Shown: positions 1 through 10,650, counted from the stretch's first letter. The stretch: DNA of 64,000 nt from an uncultured Chloroflexia bacterium (GCA_963765765.1 CAVXYC010000007.1:64001-128000), one strand, 5' to 3'. The notes: generated by a model not told the origin, from the letters alone. Made by a program: numbers and translations.

Positions 1-219
1 CGGTCGATGCGTTGCGAGAGAGGGTGAGCCCGTGGGGGCGCCGGCTGGGCGCTATCTGACGCCAACGTACGGCTCGTCGACGCCTCCTATCTAACGCACT
101 TTGGACTGCGGCGGTCCTCGCCGGTTTCACACCGAGCGGAGCGATACTGAGAACGGCTTCCAGCCTCGCGAGAAAGCGGCGACGACCGCCGCGGTCCAGA
201 GATTGTCGCGCCGACTCCG

Positions 220-1101
220 CTAGCTCGCCTTTTTGCGCCGAGTCTTCGGAGCCTCTGCCTTCTTGGCCTCGATCTCCTTGGCTGCAGCGTTCTTGACGGC
301 TGCTGGCTTCTTGGCAGCAGCCGTCTTTGGCCCTTTGCCGCTTTTGGCCGCGGCAACGCTTGCCCGCAGCACGTCCATAAGATCGATGACGTTGGTTGGG
401 ACCGGAGGCGCGTCCACCTTGGTCTTGCCCTTGTTCTTTGACTCGAGCATTGCCACGACCGCTTCGCGGTACTCGTCCGGATACTTCTCGGGCTCAAATG
501 GCTCGCGCAGCTCTTCGATGAGATCCACGGCCATGCTCATCTCACGATCGGTCACCTTGACCTTGGTTAATCCCGCGGGCTTGGTGACATGCACCTCATC
601 CGCTGAGTAGAGCGTCTCCAGCATTAGCGTATCGTCCATCACGCGAATTGTGCAGAGGCGCTCTTTGGTGCGCATGGTGACTTTGGCAAGGCCCATCATG
701 CCCTGCTTCTCCAGAGCGGCAGCGAGGAGGGCATAGCCCTTGGTGCCGGACGTTTCGGGTTCGAGGACATACGCTTTCTCAAAGTAGACGGGATCCACCT
801 CCGTAGAGCTCACCATGGACTGGATATCGATGGTGTGCTTGCTGGGGATGGGTAAGGACTCGAGATCCTCGTCAGTCACCACGAGGTACTGATCTTTGGT
901 GACCTGATAGCCGCGAACGACCTCGTCCGACTCCACAGCGCGCTCGTGCACCGGGCACCAGCGAAGATTCTTCAGGCGACTGTGGCATTCAGAGTGAAGC
1001 GTATTGAACGAGATGTCCTTGGCCGAGGTAGCCGAGTACGCCTTCACCGGTATGTTGACCAGCCCGAAGCTGATGGCGCCGTTCCAGATTGATCGTGGCA
1101 T
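220..1101 (-). CDS. ku: NHEJ DNA end-binding protein Ku
   Basis: N-terminus PRSIWNGAISFGLVNIPVK, RGYQV and the NVIDLMDVLRAS motif; Lys/Ala-rich basic tail; directly downstream of ligD. Confidence 0.97.
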   Translation of the reverse strand: MPRSIWNGAISFGLVNIPVKAYSATSAKDISFNTLHSECHSRLKNLRWCPVHERAVESDEVVRGYQVTKDQYLVVTDEDLESLPIPSKHTIDIQSMVSSTEVDPVYFEKAYVLEPETSGTKGYALLAAALEKQGMMGLAKVTMRTKERLCTIRVMDDTLMLETLYSADEVHVTKPAGLTKVKVTDREMSMAVDLIEELREPFEPEKYPDEYREAVVAMLESKNKGKTKVDAPPVPTNVIDLMDVLRASVAAAKSGKGPKTAAAKKPAAVKNAAAKEIEAKKAEAPKTRRKKAS

Positions 1102-1154
1102 ATCAGATCACTCCCACTTCCTGGACGAATAGTTTCGTCCGATTACGACTTGTC

Positions 1155-3881
1155 CTATGCCCCACTGAGGCGTGCATTGAGATCGACCTTCGATTCCATG
1201 ATGTCTGCCCACGAATTTCCGTTGGCCTGGAGATAATTCACCGCGGTGCGGACGGAGAATTGAGTTGGATACACATCACCGTCTTCGAGATCCGACCAGC
1301 GAATGGGCATGGAGACGGCGGCTTCGGCCATAGCGCGAGGGCAAAGCATTGACGCAAGCGTCTTCCCGCGCACATTCTGGTTGTAGTCAGCGAAGATCTT
1401 TCCACGACGCTTCTGTACGGCCCATTCCGTCGTGACAACGTCCGGATGCAGCGCGACGAGATGCTCGGACAGTGCTCGACAGACCGCGTGCGTCTCGTGA
1501 TAAGCCATGTTCCGCAGAATCGGGACGTATATGTGGAGGCCCGTCTTGCCGGTGGTCTTCACGTATGCCGGCAGCTTCATGCCGTCCAGGAGCTCCTTTA
1601 GCCAGAGAGCGACTTGACGAGCGCCCTGGAATCCGGCTTGATGGAGCTCGGGCTCCGCTCCCTTGGCCTCTTTCCCGGAGTACTGGTACGGATCGAGATC
1701 GAACACCAGGAAATCTGGATAGTTGAGCACAGATCGATCGACCGTCCGGTCGGACCCAGAAGCTTTGAGAGGGAGATGCGGGGCGTCGGGCCCGAGTGAA
1801 GCACGTGAATACCAGGGGTGAATCTCCAGCGTGCCCATTTGCGCCAGCCAGACCAGCGTCTGCAGGTTATTGCACATCAAGAAGTCGGCGTCGCCACCGC
1901 CGTGCTCGGTGTAGATTGTCACGGTCTCGACAAATGGCGGGAGTCCATGCTCCCAATGCCGCTGATAAAAATGCTGTCCGTCCAGTCCGTTGGGATACCG
2001 CACAAGAGTTATCGGCCGGTTCTTCAAGAATGGGAGTAACGAAGGCGCTACACTCACGAGATATTGGGCAAGGTCACGCTTCGTGATCGCTTTGGTCCGC
2101 CCGCGCGCCGGCCACAAGGCCTTATCCAGACTGCTGAGACCGATCTCATGCTCGCCGACGCGCACGGTGAGCGTCTGCTTGCTTCCCTTGAGCTGGTCCA
2201 GCACATCGGTCACGATCGAATCGAGCTGACCAGCGTTCTCGGATGAAGGCTTGGAGTCAGGCACGGAAACCGCGGGCTGAGGCCGGGTTGTGGAGGCCTC
2301 CAGATCATCGCGGAGCCGAAGGAACACGGGCGCTCGGAGAATGCCCTCGTTCGTGCGCTCAGCAAACTTGACTTCCGCGACGAGCTCCGGTCGCACCCAT
2401 CGCGGCGCACCCCGATCTTTCTTACTCCAACGACCCTTGAGTGGCACTGGCGCATCAAACGGAGATGAATCACTTCGGAGCGCCTCGAGCCGATCAGTAA
2501 TGGCGCGAAGTCTCTTGTCGTCAAACCCGCTGCCGACGTGTCCGACAAACCGCAGGACGCCATTCTTCTCCGTGGGCGTTCCGAGCAGCAACGAGCCGAG
2601 GGAGTCAGTGCGATGACCCAGGCCGGCAGTGTAGCCGCCAATCACGAACTCTTCGGTCTGTACGTGCTTCATCTTCAGCCAGCGGGTGGAACGCTTTCCC
2701 GCCTCGTACAGACTGTCCTTGCGTTTGGCCACCACCCCTTCAATCTCGAGCCCTAGCGTGGCCTGGAAAAGCGCTTCGCCGTCCTCTTCAACCCATTCCA
2801 CAGTGCGCACGCGCTCGGATGGCACCAGCATGAGATCCAGGAGCTGCTTACGATCCTCGAGTCTGGCGCCGCGAAGGTCATACCCATCGACGAAGAGCAG
2901 ATCGAACGCGTAGAAGCGCATGGCGGAGCCGTGGTTCTCATTGCCACGGTCTTGCCAGGCCTGAAACGATGGACGGCCTCGCTCGTCCAACACCAGGAGC
3001 TCGCCATCGAGCACCATATTCCAGGGCTGTCTTTTCAGCGCGTCGACCAACCAGTCGTACTCATGCGTGGAGTCTATGCCGCGGCGTGAGCTGAGCCGGA
3101 CCTTCCCATCCTGGACCTGGGCCAGCAAGCGAAGCCCGTCCAGTTTGGGCTCGAACAGCCAATCCGGGTGAGAGAATGCCCGCTCCGTAAGGCTGGGCAA
3201 CATTGGCTTCAGGTCCGCCGGAAGATCGCGCTTTCGTGTGCCGTTGATCAGACTTGGATCCGGAAGAATCGGTTCGGAAGTTCGGTTCAACGGCAAGATC
3301 CCTGACTTGATCTCCTCATTGGTGAGCCCGGTGAGGACTGACTCATCGTCATCCATGAGATCGCGGTGTGGGTTTGCCTCGGCATCATCTCGCTTGAGGA
3401 ATAGCCAGTCGCCCTTCTTCGTGCGGACCAGCGTCCAGACGCCGCGCAGCTTGCGGCCGTGAAGTCGGATCGTGAGCTTTCCGTCTTCAATGCCGCGGCG
3501 CATGGCTGACTCTGCCGTGGGGCGATTGAAACAGACCTCATCGTCGATCAGCGGGCCATAGACCCCGGCGTCCCAGACGATGACCTCGCCACCACCGTAC
3601 TCGCCCTTCGGGATGACGCCTTCGAAAGTGGCGTACTCCAGCGGGTGGTCCTCAGTCATGACGGCCAGACGCTTGACGGATGGGTCAAGCGAGGGCCCTT
3701 TAGGAATGGGCCAGGACTTGAGAACGCCGTCAACTTCTAGACGGAAGTCGTAATGAAGCGCACGGGCAGCATGCTTCTGGACCACAAACCGCAACGGTCC
3801 AGCGACGCCCTGTTGCGCCCGTTGACCACGTGGCTCAGCCGTGCGCTTGAAGTCGCGCTTTTGCGTATAGGTCTCAAGCAT
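1155..3881 (-). CDS. ligD: NHEJ DNA ligase D (phosphoesterase-ligase-polymerase domain order)
   Basis: PE motifs FVVQKHAARALHYDFRLE and EDHPLEY; ligase motifs EPKLDG, EGVVAK and WLKMK; primase-like POL motifs VFDLDP and KTTGKTGLHIYVP. Confidence 0.97.
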   Translation of the reverse strand: MLETYTQKRDFKRTAEPRGQRAQQGVAGPLRFVVQKHAARALHYDFRLEVDGVLKSWPIPKGPSLDPSVKRLAVMTEDHPLEYATFEGVIPKGEYGGGEVIVWDAGVYGPLIDDEVCFNRPTAESAMRRGIEDGKLTIRLHGRKLRGVWTLVRTKKGDWLFLKRDDAEANPHRDLMDDDESVLTGLTNEEIKSGILPLNRTSEPILPDPSLINGTRKRDLPADLKPMLPSLTERAFSHPDWLFEPKLDGLRLLAQVQDGKVRLSSRRGIDSTHEYDWLVDALKRQPWNMVLDGELLVLDERGRPSFQAWQDRGNENHGSAMRFYAFDLLFVDGYDLRGARLEDRKQLLDLMLVPSERVRTVEWVEEDGEALFQATLGLEIEGVVAKRKDSLYEAGKRSTRWLKMKHVQTEEFVIGGYTAGLGHRTDSLGSLLLGTPTEKNGVLRFVGHVGSGFDDKRLRAITDRLEALRSDSSPFDAPVPLKGRWSKKDRGAPRWVRPELVAEVKFAERTNEGILRAPVFLRLRDDLEASTTRPQPAVSVPDSKPSSENAGQLDSIVTDVLDQLKGSKQTLTVRVGEHEIGLSSLDKALWPARGRTKAITKRDLAQYLVSVAPSLLPFLKNRPITLVRYPNGLDGQHFYQRHWEHGLPPFVETVTIYTEHGGGDADFLMCNNLQTLVWLAQMGTLEIHPWYSRASLGPDAPHLPLKASGSDRTVDRSVLNYPDFLVFDLDPYQYSGKEAKGAEPELHQAGFQGARQVALWLKELLDGMKLPAYVKTTGKTGLHIYVPILRNMAYHETHAVCRALSEHLVALHPDVVTTEWAVQKRRGKIFADYNQNVRGKTLASMLCPRAMAEAAVSMPIRWSDLEDGDVYPTQFSVRTAVNYLQANGNSWADIMESKVDLNARLSGA

Positions 3882-4183
3882 TCGCCCGGCTACATGATCG
3901 CAGACGGATTGCCAAATTTAAATAGATTCAAAGAGTGGCTAAGAAATGCGACGCCAAGTTGCAATTTATGTGAATTATTTAACGCTATTTTCCAAATTAT
4001 GAGCAATATCGATTTGATATGTGCAAATTATGGAACAATCCGTGAAGATCCCGGCCCTACGTCTTGCATGCCGACCGAGGGCATTGCTAGGAGGGCGTGA
4101 CGCCATCCGGTCGATCTGCAACCGGACAATGATCGCTTCGTTCACGAATCGTTGGGCGCAAATCATGATTATTAGGATTGACC

Positions 4184-4840
4184 ATGAAACCACCTGCTCG
4201 CTCATTTAGCGCGCGCTGGCTTTTGACCGTGGCCGCGATGCTGGCCCTGGGCGCACTTGGATCACCGTTTGCCGCTAGATCGGCGGCGGCTCAGGCTGAT
4301 CGAGACCCTCGTGACTTCGCGCTTACAGAAGAAGAGGGCGGCGGCAAGGACGTCCTTCGCGCGAAGGACGAGGACTGTTCGGACGATAAATCGCGATGCT
4401 TGCACATCCGGTGGGAGCGCGACTACGAGACGGACGCGGCTGTTGGCCCACTCATCACGGTGAATAAGGTGTGGGTGGCGAAAGACGTCGATACCGCGAA
4501 GGCGATCTATCGCGACCAGGAGAATCTCCAGAAGGAAATGCCTGAGCGCGTCGAGCCGGCAAACGGCCCATTTCCATGGGAACAGCCGTTCAACAAGCCG
4601 GCGGCAGAGGAATACAGCGGTGCGCAAGCATGCGTGAAGGACCGCTGTGACAGTGGCGGCCGCATTGATCTCCACCAGCGCATGGTGTCACGCTCGAAAA
4701 ACGTCGTGTCCATGATCTACCTTTTCGGCCGCGAGCGGAACACTACACCAGAGCTGCTCGTCTACTTCACGGGCCGAGTCATGGACCGAGTCAACGGTTC
4801 TTCCCAGCCGAGCGCCTTAAGCCTGCCAGTAGGCATCTAA
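4184..4840 (+). CDS. Secreted hypothetical protein
   Basis: Signal peptide ending ...SAAAQA; AGGA upstream; four Cys in two local pairs; no family recognised. Confidence 0.75.
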   Translation: MKPPARSFSARWLLTVAAMLALGALGSPFAARSAAAQADRDPRDFALTEEEGGGKDVLRAKDEDCSDDKSRCLHIRWERDYETDAAVGPLITVNKVWVAKDVDTAKAIYRDQENLQKEMPERVEPANGPFPWEQPFNKPAAEEYSGAQACVKDRCDSGGRIDLHQRMVSRSKNVVSMIYLFGRERNTTPELLVYFTGRVMDRVNGSSQPSALSLPVGI

Positions 4841-4841
4841 G

Positions 4842-4954
4842 CGCAATAGCAGAGCCGCATCCCGTGAGGGTGCGGTTCCTTCAAAATTCCCGAACTCCGC
4901 TTGGGTGTTCGTGAGAGGAACCGCGCCCTCACGGGATGCGGCTCTGCTATTGCG
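4842..4954. repeat. REPIN-like inverted doublet (family A)
   Basis: 39-bp arms at 4842-4880 and 4916-4954 with 1 mismatch; each arm is itself a hairpin (GAGCCGCATCCC-GTGA-GGGTGCGGTTC); lies between convergent genes. Confidence 0.9.
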
Positions 4955-6340
4955 GGAAGTAGCGCTCGCGCTCTTCGCCGACGCGCTTCAGCATCTCGGC
5001 AGGCACATCGGCCATGGTGAAGCTTCCGGCGGGAGCATCCAGCGGCTTGGTGGCGTCGACGATCATCTTGGAGACGGTGCCCTTGCCAACGGCATACTCA
5101 TCGGCGGCGGGGTCTAGGACCACGGTTTTGACGCGCGGAATGATGAAGATATCGCGATCGGCCTTCACTCGCGTGGCGAGTGCGTAATCCATGTCGGCGG
5201 CATCAAAGATGTCGATATCGTCATCTACCACGATGACGTGCTTTACGAGGTCCTGGTGGGCGAACGCGGCGAACGCCGCTTTCTGCGCCTCGCCTTCGGC
5301 CGTCTTTCGGATTGAGATCCAGGCATGCATATTGGCCCCACTGCCGATCGGCATGTGGACGGCGGTCACGTTGGGCACCGATGCACGGACCGCCTGGAAC
5401 AGCGATGGCTCGCGGCCGAGCGCGCCGATAATCGGATGCTCAGGCGATTTCCCTGAGAGCACGTTCTGGTAAATCGCGTCGCGCCGATGGGTGATGGCGT
5501 TGACCTTGATCACGGGCAGCGGTCGGGTGATGCCATATTGACGCGTGAACTCCCCAAACGGTCCTTCGACGTGACGCTCCCCCGCGAGCACCTCTCCCTC
5601 GATCACGATCTCAGCCTCGGCCGGCACCTCAAGGTCGCTCGAGACGCAGCGAACCATCGGAATCGGCTCGCGAAGGAATCCACCGGCGAAGCGCATCTCG
5701 TCTTGGTCGAACCCGGTGCGGAACTGCGAGGCGATCAGTACCGCCGGATGCACTCCGATGACGATCGCGACAGGTAGCGATTCACCGCGTGCCTCGGCAG
5801 CTTCATAATGCGCCCGCATGTGTGTGGGCGCCATCCAGATGCCAAGCAGATCTCGCGCGTGCACGTGATTCCGCTGAATTCCCACGTTACGCACACCCGT
5901 CGCGGGATTGCGAGTGATGTGCACTCCTGCCGTGATGAAGCGTCCGCCGTCCTGCTCAGAGTTCTGACAGATCCCCAGCTTCTCGAGATCGATGTGTTCC
6001 CCACGGAGAACCACCTCCTGGCATGGAGCCTCCTGCACAAGCTCCGGATCGATCGGTCGATCGATCGCCTCGACGCCCCGCGGCAACAGCTCATTCAACT
6101 CCATGCCCATTGAGAGCGCGACGTTCTCGCGCCTGTGAAAAAAGTTCGCGAACACTCGGAGATTCGAGCCTTCCACGTTCTCGAACATCAGCAGGCATTT
6201 GCGATGTCCGGATCGAGTTGGGCGAAGCGGCTTACCGAGGCGAGCTCGTGGATGGGGCTCACGGAAGTCATGATGCGGCGGATTCGGCCGGCGGACTTAG
6301 GAGGGAGAGGGCGGTGCGGAGGAGGAGCTCACTGGGAATG
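4947..6340 (-). CDS. UbiD-family prFMN-dependent decarboxylase (5' end frameshifted)
   Basis: EGPFGEFT motif, RNVGIQR and VIVVDDDIDIFD; a UbiD-like N-terminus (LRTALSLL..AGRIRRIMTSVSPIHEL) continues in other frames upstream of the 6188 ORF; start is approximate. Confidence 0.9.
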
Positions 6341-6359
6341 ACCAGTTAAGAGTGAGGAG

Positions 6360-6809
6360 TTAAAAGTTAAGAACGTACTCATTTCCTTCCTCGACCAATC
6401 CCGACTCCCGTACCTTAGGATAGGTCGTGTCGGACGATGAAGCTGTCCGTGTTTTCGTCGAAACAAGGATTGAAGAGAGTATTCGAACCAGTTGATCCGT
6501 TTCGTCACGCAACCCGGCGATCTTGTCCGATGGGACGAGCTCCGCCTCATCGATTAAGCGCAACCAGTAACTGGACTCCCGCGCCTCCTTATGGGCGATT
6601 GACATTTTCGCGATGAAGTCGGCACGGCTTTGTGCAGCCTGAGCTTCATGAGCATTGGCACCGACAGACGTTGCAGATCTCAGGAGCTGCCTTCCAATGA
6701 CTCGACGGCCTATCCTTTATGAGCGATTTGTACAGCCTAATCACACGAACGGAATAGGCGACGCTTCGTTCGACGACGGAAGCTTCGGGGACCTATCGTC
6801 CTGCTCCAT
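6360..6809 (-). CDS. Four-helix-bundle protein (23S rRNA IVP/TIGR02436-like), frameshifted
   Basis: Reconstructed ERSVAYSVRVIRLYKSL...QLLRSATSVGANAHEAQAAQSRADFIAKMSIAHKEARESSYWLRLI; two apparent frameshifts near the 5' end. Confidence 0.88.
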
Positions 6810-6812
6810 TCT

Positions 6813-7295
6813 TCATTCTTCACTCTTCACTGAAGCACTCGCCGCGGCTTCTAGTACCGACTCGATGATCTCCGGATACGCCGTACATCGACACAAGTTT
6901 CCGGAGAGATACTCTTTGATCTCATCAATGGTTGGTGACGGATTCTCTTTCAATAGGCAGACGGTCATCAGCATCATTCCGGGCGTGCAGTACGAGCACT
7001 GAAGACCGTCGCGCTCGAGAAAGGCTCGCTGGACAGGGTGGAGGGACTCGGGGGTTCCGAGGCCTTCAATCGTGAGAATGGACTTTCCGTCCGCTCGGGC
7101 GGCGAGGTAACTGCAGGAGCTTACAGGAACGTCATCGACGAGTACCGTGCAGGCGCCGCAAAGAGACATTCCGCAAGATTCGCGCGCGCCGAAGAGCTTC
7201 AGCTCGTCACGAACAACCTCGAGAAGCGTGCGCTGGCTATCAACCACGAGGTGATGCTGGCGGCCGTTTACGGTGATTTGGATTTGGTGCTTCAT
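6813..7295 (-). CDS. Molybdenum hydroxylase small (2Fe-2S) subunit, CoxS/CutS-like
   Basis: CGMSLCGACTVL, QCSYCTPG and GNLCRCT Fe-S motifs. Confidence 0.95.
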   Translation of the reverse strand: MKHQIQITVNGRQHHLVVDSQRTLLEVVRDELKLFGARESCGMSLCGACTVLVDDVPVSSCSYLAARADGKSILTIEGLGTPESLHPVQRAFLERDGLQCSYCTPGMMLMTVCLLKENPSPTIDEIKEYLSGNLCRCTAYPEIIESVLEAAASASVKSEE

Positions 7296-7328
7296 TGTTG
7301 AATGGATCCGGTGGGGGATGTCACTCTG

Positions 7329-7438
7329 CCCTCACCCCAACCATCTCCCAAGAGAGAGGGAGTCGCGACGAGGAGATCGATCGCCGAACATTTCGAAGCT
7401 GGCCCCCTTCTCCCTTTCGGAGAGGGCCGGGTGAGGGG
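7329..7438. repeat. CCCTCACCCC...CTCCC-type palindromic repeat pair (family E)
   Basis: CCCTCACCCCAACCATCTCCCAAGAGAGAGGG with imperfect inverted partner CCCTTCTCCC...GGAGAGGGCCGGGTGAGGG in the coxL-coxS spacer. Confidence 0.7.
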
Positions 7439-7460
7439 CCCGCGATCGCAACGACCACAA

Positions 7461-9785
7461 TCATTCCATTCCCTCCAGCACCTTTTCCGGCGTGATCGGG
7501 AGATGCGCCACCCGACTCCCGACAGCATTGGCAACCGCATTAGCGATTGCCGGAGCTATGGAAAAGATGGCGGATTCCCCGATGCCCTTGGCGCCAAATG
7601 GGCCGTCCGGGTGCGGACACTCGATGATGAGCGGCAGGGTGCGCTCCGGTAAATCAGCGAACGCTGGAATCTTGTAATCCACGAAGGACGGGTTGGCAAC
7701 CTGGCCGTCGCTCAGGATCATCTGCTCCATGAGCGCTGGCCCCATGCCCTGGAGGCTGGCGCCGGTGATTTGCGTTGCCGCGGAGGCCGGATTGATCGCC
7801 TTACCGGCATCCACCGCCGCTGCCAGGTCAATAACTCGGACTTTTCCGGTTTCAGTATCGACTTCCACTTCCACCGCCGTAGCACCGCACATCCAGTGAG
7901 CGGTCACGTTGTCCGATTGGCCCGTCTCGTGATCGGTGGCCGCATGATGCGTCTCGAAGGTTCCGCGGCCCACCACGGTGCCCGCGCGTGCGTTGAATCG
8001 ATTGAACATGAGCTGCGCGTGGGTCATTGCTTCATCAGGATTGGCGGAAGACCAGATACGTCCATCGCGGGCTTCGAGCTCATCGACGGGGCCACCTAGC
8101 AGCTCGGCGGCGAGCGGCCAGAGCTGCTCCCGAATCTCGATGGCCGCGAGCTGGACAGCACGACCCATGTGAAATGTGGTGCGGCTGCCAGCGGTGATGA
8201 GGTCATACGGCGTGGCATCCGTGTCTGGGTGAGTTACCGAACATGCATGGAGCGGCAACCCCAGCTCGTCAGCCACGATCTGGCTGAGCAGCGTATCCGA
8301 GCCCTGACCCATGTCCACGGCGCTGGTCAGAATCGTGAGGCTGCCGTCGGCGTGCATTTGCACCGTGGCAACGGATGCCGATGGTGTGATGACTGCCTTC
8401 AGCCCACAGGCAATGCCGCGACCGCGCTTCAAGTGTGGCTCCGCAGGCTGGACGAGAGCGCCACCGCGCATCTTCAGCGCGTCAGCCGCCTGCTCGATAC
8501 AACCGGCCACGTCCACGTAGGTCATGACCGACCCCGTCGCCTGCACATCCCCGTTCCGCAGAACGTTCTTGAGTCGGAACTCCACCGGGTCCCAGCCCAT
8601 CTCTTTGGCGATGATGTCCATCTGCGATTCATACGCCCAGCAAACCTGCATGATGCCGAAACCGCGAAACGCGCCGGCGGGTGGCTTGTTGGTGTAGACG
8701 CTGTAGGAGTCGATGCGCACGTTCGGGATGTCGTAGGGACCGGCGCTGGTGTAGCCCGACTTGTGCGTGACGCGCGGCCCGATGTCCGCGTATGCGCCGG
8801 TGTCCCAGAAGATCTGGCAATCGCGGGCCAGTATCTTGCCGTCCGCGCTCACGCCGGTGCGGAGCTTGGCCGTCAGTCCGTGCTTGGTGATCGTGAGGAA
8901 TTCTTCACGACGAGTCAGGCGGACCTTCACCGGTCGACCCGCGGCTTTGGCGAGAAGGGCGGCGATGGGCTCGTACTTCATGTAGAGCTTGCTGCCGAAT
9001 CCTGCACCCAGATACGGCACCATCACACGCACGTGTGACTCCGGCAGTTTGAACATGTTGGCCAGCATGATCCGGACGTACGAGGGACTTTGCGTGGCCG
9101 ACCAGATCTTGAGTCGGTCTGTGCCCGTCCACTGAGCGATGCTGCAATGGAACTCCAGATCACCATGCTGAGTCGCCGGATTAGAAAATGTATTCTCGAA
9201 GATGCGTGCCGACTGCTTGAAGCCCTCATCAAGGTCACCGCGCCGCAGCTTGTAATGGAAGCAGGCGTTGCTCGTGGCCGGGACGTCGTCGCCACCGATG
9301 ACTTCGATGAGATCGGCAAATGTGCGCGCCGGTATGAATCGCTCGTGAATCAGCGGGGCTTCCGTGGCCAGCGCGTCGTCTACGCTGAACACGGCCGGGA
9401 GCTCCTCGATCTCCACGTCGATGAGTCGGAGCGCCTCCTCAGCCGTATCACGGTCCACGGCGGCCACTGCCGCCAGCGGATCACCTGCGTACCGCACTCG
9501 ATCCACCGCCAGAGGCGCTTGATCCTTGAACGCCGGCCCCGTGAACGGATCGATCGGCATGTTCACCAGATCCGCGCCGGTCAGCACGGCGTAAACGCCC
9601 GGCAGTGCTCGCGCCCGCGACGCGTCCACGCGAATCACATTCCCGTGCGCAACGGCGCTACGCAAAAGCATGCCGTGCAGCATGCCCGGGAGCTCGATGT
9701 TGTCGGTAAACTCGATCTCACCGGTCAGCTTGCTAACCATCTCCACTCGATGCGTGTCGCGACCAACCACGTACGGCGTTGTCAT
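7461..9785 (-). CDS. Xanthine dehydrogenase-family molybdopterin-binding large subunit
   Basis: GAGFGSK, AFRGFG active-site loop, DMGQG, TAGSRTT and GAKGIGE. Confidence 0.95.
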   Translation of the reverse strand: MTTPYVVGRDTHRVEMVSKLTGEIEFTDNIELPGMLHGMLLRSAVAHGNVIRVDASRARALPGVYAVLTGADLVNMPIDPFTGPAFKDQAPLAVDRVRYAGDPLAAVAAVDRDTAEEALRLIDVEIEELPAVFSVDDALATEAPLIHERFIPARTFADLIEVIGGDDVPATSNACFHYKLRRGDLDEGFKQSARIFENTFSNPATQHGDLEFHCSIAQWTGTDRLKIWSATQSPSYVRIMLANMFKLPESHVRVMVPYLGAGFGSKLYMKYEPIAALLAKAAGRPVKVRLTRREEFLTITKHGLTAKLRTGVSADGKILARDCQIFWDTGAYADIGPRVTHKSGYTSAGPYDIPNVRIDSYSVYTNKPPAGAFRGFGIMQVCWAYESQMDIIAKEMGWDPVEFRLKNVLRNGDVQATGSVMTYVDVAGCIEQAADALKMRGGALVQPAEPHLKRGRGIACGLKAVITPSASVATVQMHADGSLTILTSAVDMGQGSDTLLSQIVADELGLPLHACSVTHPDTDATPYDLITAGSRTTFHMGRAVQLAAIEIREQLWPLAAELLGGPVDELEARDGRIWSSANPDEAMTHAQLMFNRFNARAGTVVGRGTFETHHAATDHETGQSDNVTAHWMCGATAVEVEVDTETGKVRVIDLAAAVDAGKAINPASAATQITGASLQGMGPALMEQMILSDGQVANPSFVDYKIPAFADLPERTLPLIIECPHPDGPFGAKGIGESAIFSIAPAIANAVANAVGSRVAHLPITPEKVLEGME

Positions 9786-10650
9786 ACGGCCACCCCCGCG
9801 CGGCGAGCCGCTTCACCGATAGCACGCTTCACAAAGACCCCCGTCACCTTGCGCTTGTACTCCTCGGAGCCGCGTACGTCGGCCAGAGGATCCGCTGCCG
9901 CCGCATACGCCGCGCCGACCTCGCCCAAAAGCTCCGGTGTGGGTAGCTGACCCATGAGCAGTGCTTCCGCCTCGGTCAGACGCAGCGGCCGCTCAGCAAC
10001 TGAGCCGGCCACGATACGCGCTTCGGCGATGCGATGCGCATCCACGCGGACCATGGCAGCGACGCCGACGGTCGGCCAATCAGTTGGCGTCAGCGAGCAG
10101 TACTTCAGATACGTTCCATGCCAACCAGGTTGAGGCGGGGGAACGATGATGGAGACGATCATCTCACCGGGCTCGAGTGCATTCTCATAGTGCCCGGTGA
10201 AGAAGTCTTCCACCGGCAGCTCACGAGAACCGCCCGACCCGCGAAGCTGCACCGAGGCGCCGAGCGCCACAAGGACAGGTGGAGGTCGAGATGCGGATCG
10301 GAGTGCGCTAGATGGCCGCCAAGGGTCGCGACGTTGCGCACGCGCACGTTGGCCACCTGCAGCAGCGCCTCGCGGAGGATTGTGAAGCGGTCGGCAACGA
10401 GCGATGACTGCTCGATTTGTCGAAGTGTCGCCGTGGCTCCGATAACTAGCGCGCCGTCTCGGTTCTCACATCCGCCGAGCTCGTCGATGTCGTTGACGCT
10501 CACCAGTACACCCGGACTGACGAGCCCCTGCTGCATGAGAATCAAAAGCATAGCCCCACCGGCGACGATCTGTGCGTCGTCGCCGTGCTCCTGGAGCAGG
10601 CCAATGGCCTCGGTCATCGTCCGAGGTTGAAAAAGATCAAAAGGTCGCAT
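9782..10650 (-). CDS. Molybdenum hydroxylase FAD-binding medium subunit, CoxM-like (frameshift near 10270-10290)
   Basis: AGGAMLL and VRNVATLGGHL in ORF 10159-10650; C-terminal DVRGSEEYKR in ORF 9782-10270. Confidence 0.9.

Noticed and set aside
6360-6809. Diversity-generating retroelement (Avd-like gene)
   Set aside because: No reverse transcriptase and no TR/VR repeat pair seen
7461-9785. Aerobic CO dehydrogenase (coxL)
   Set aside because: The active-site loop is AFRGFG, not AYxCSFR (form I) or AYRGAGR (form II); no cox accessory genes are present
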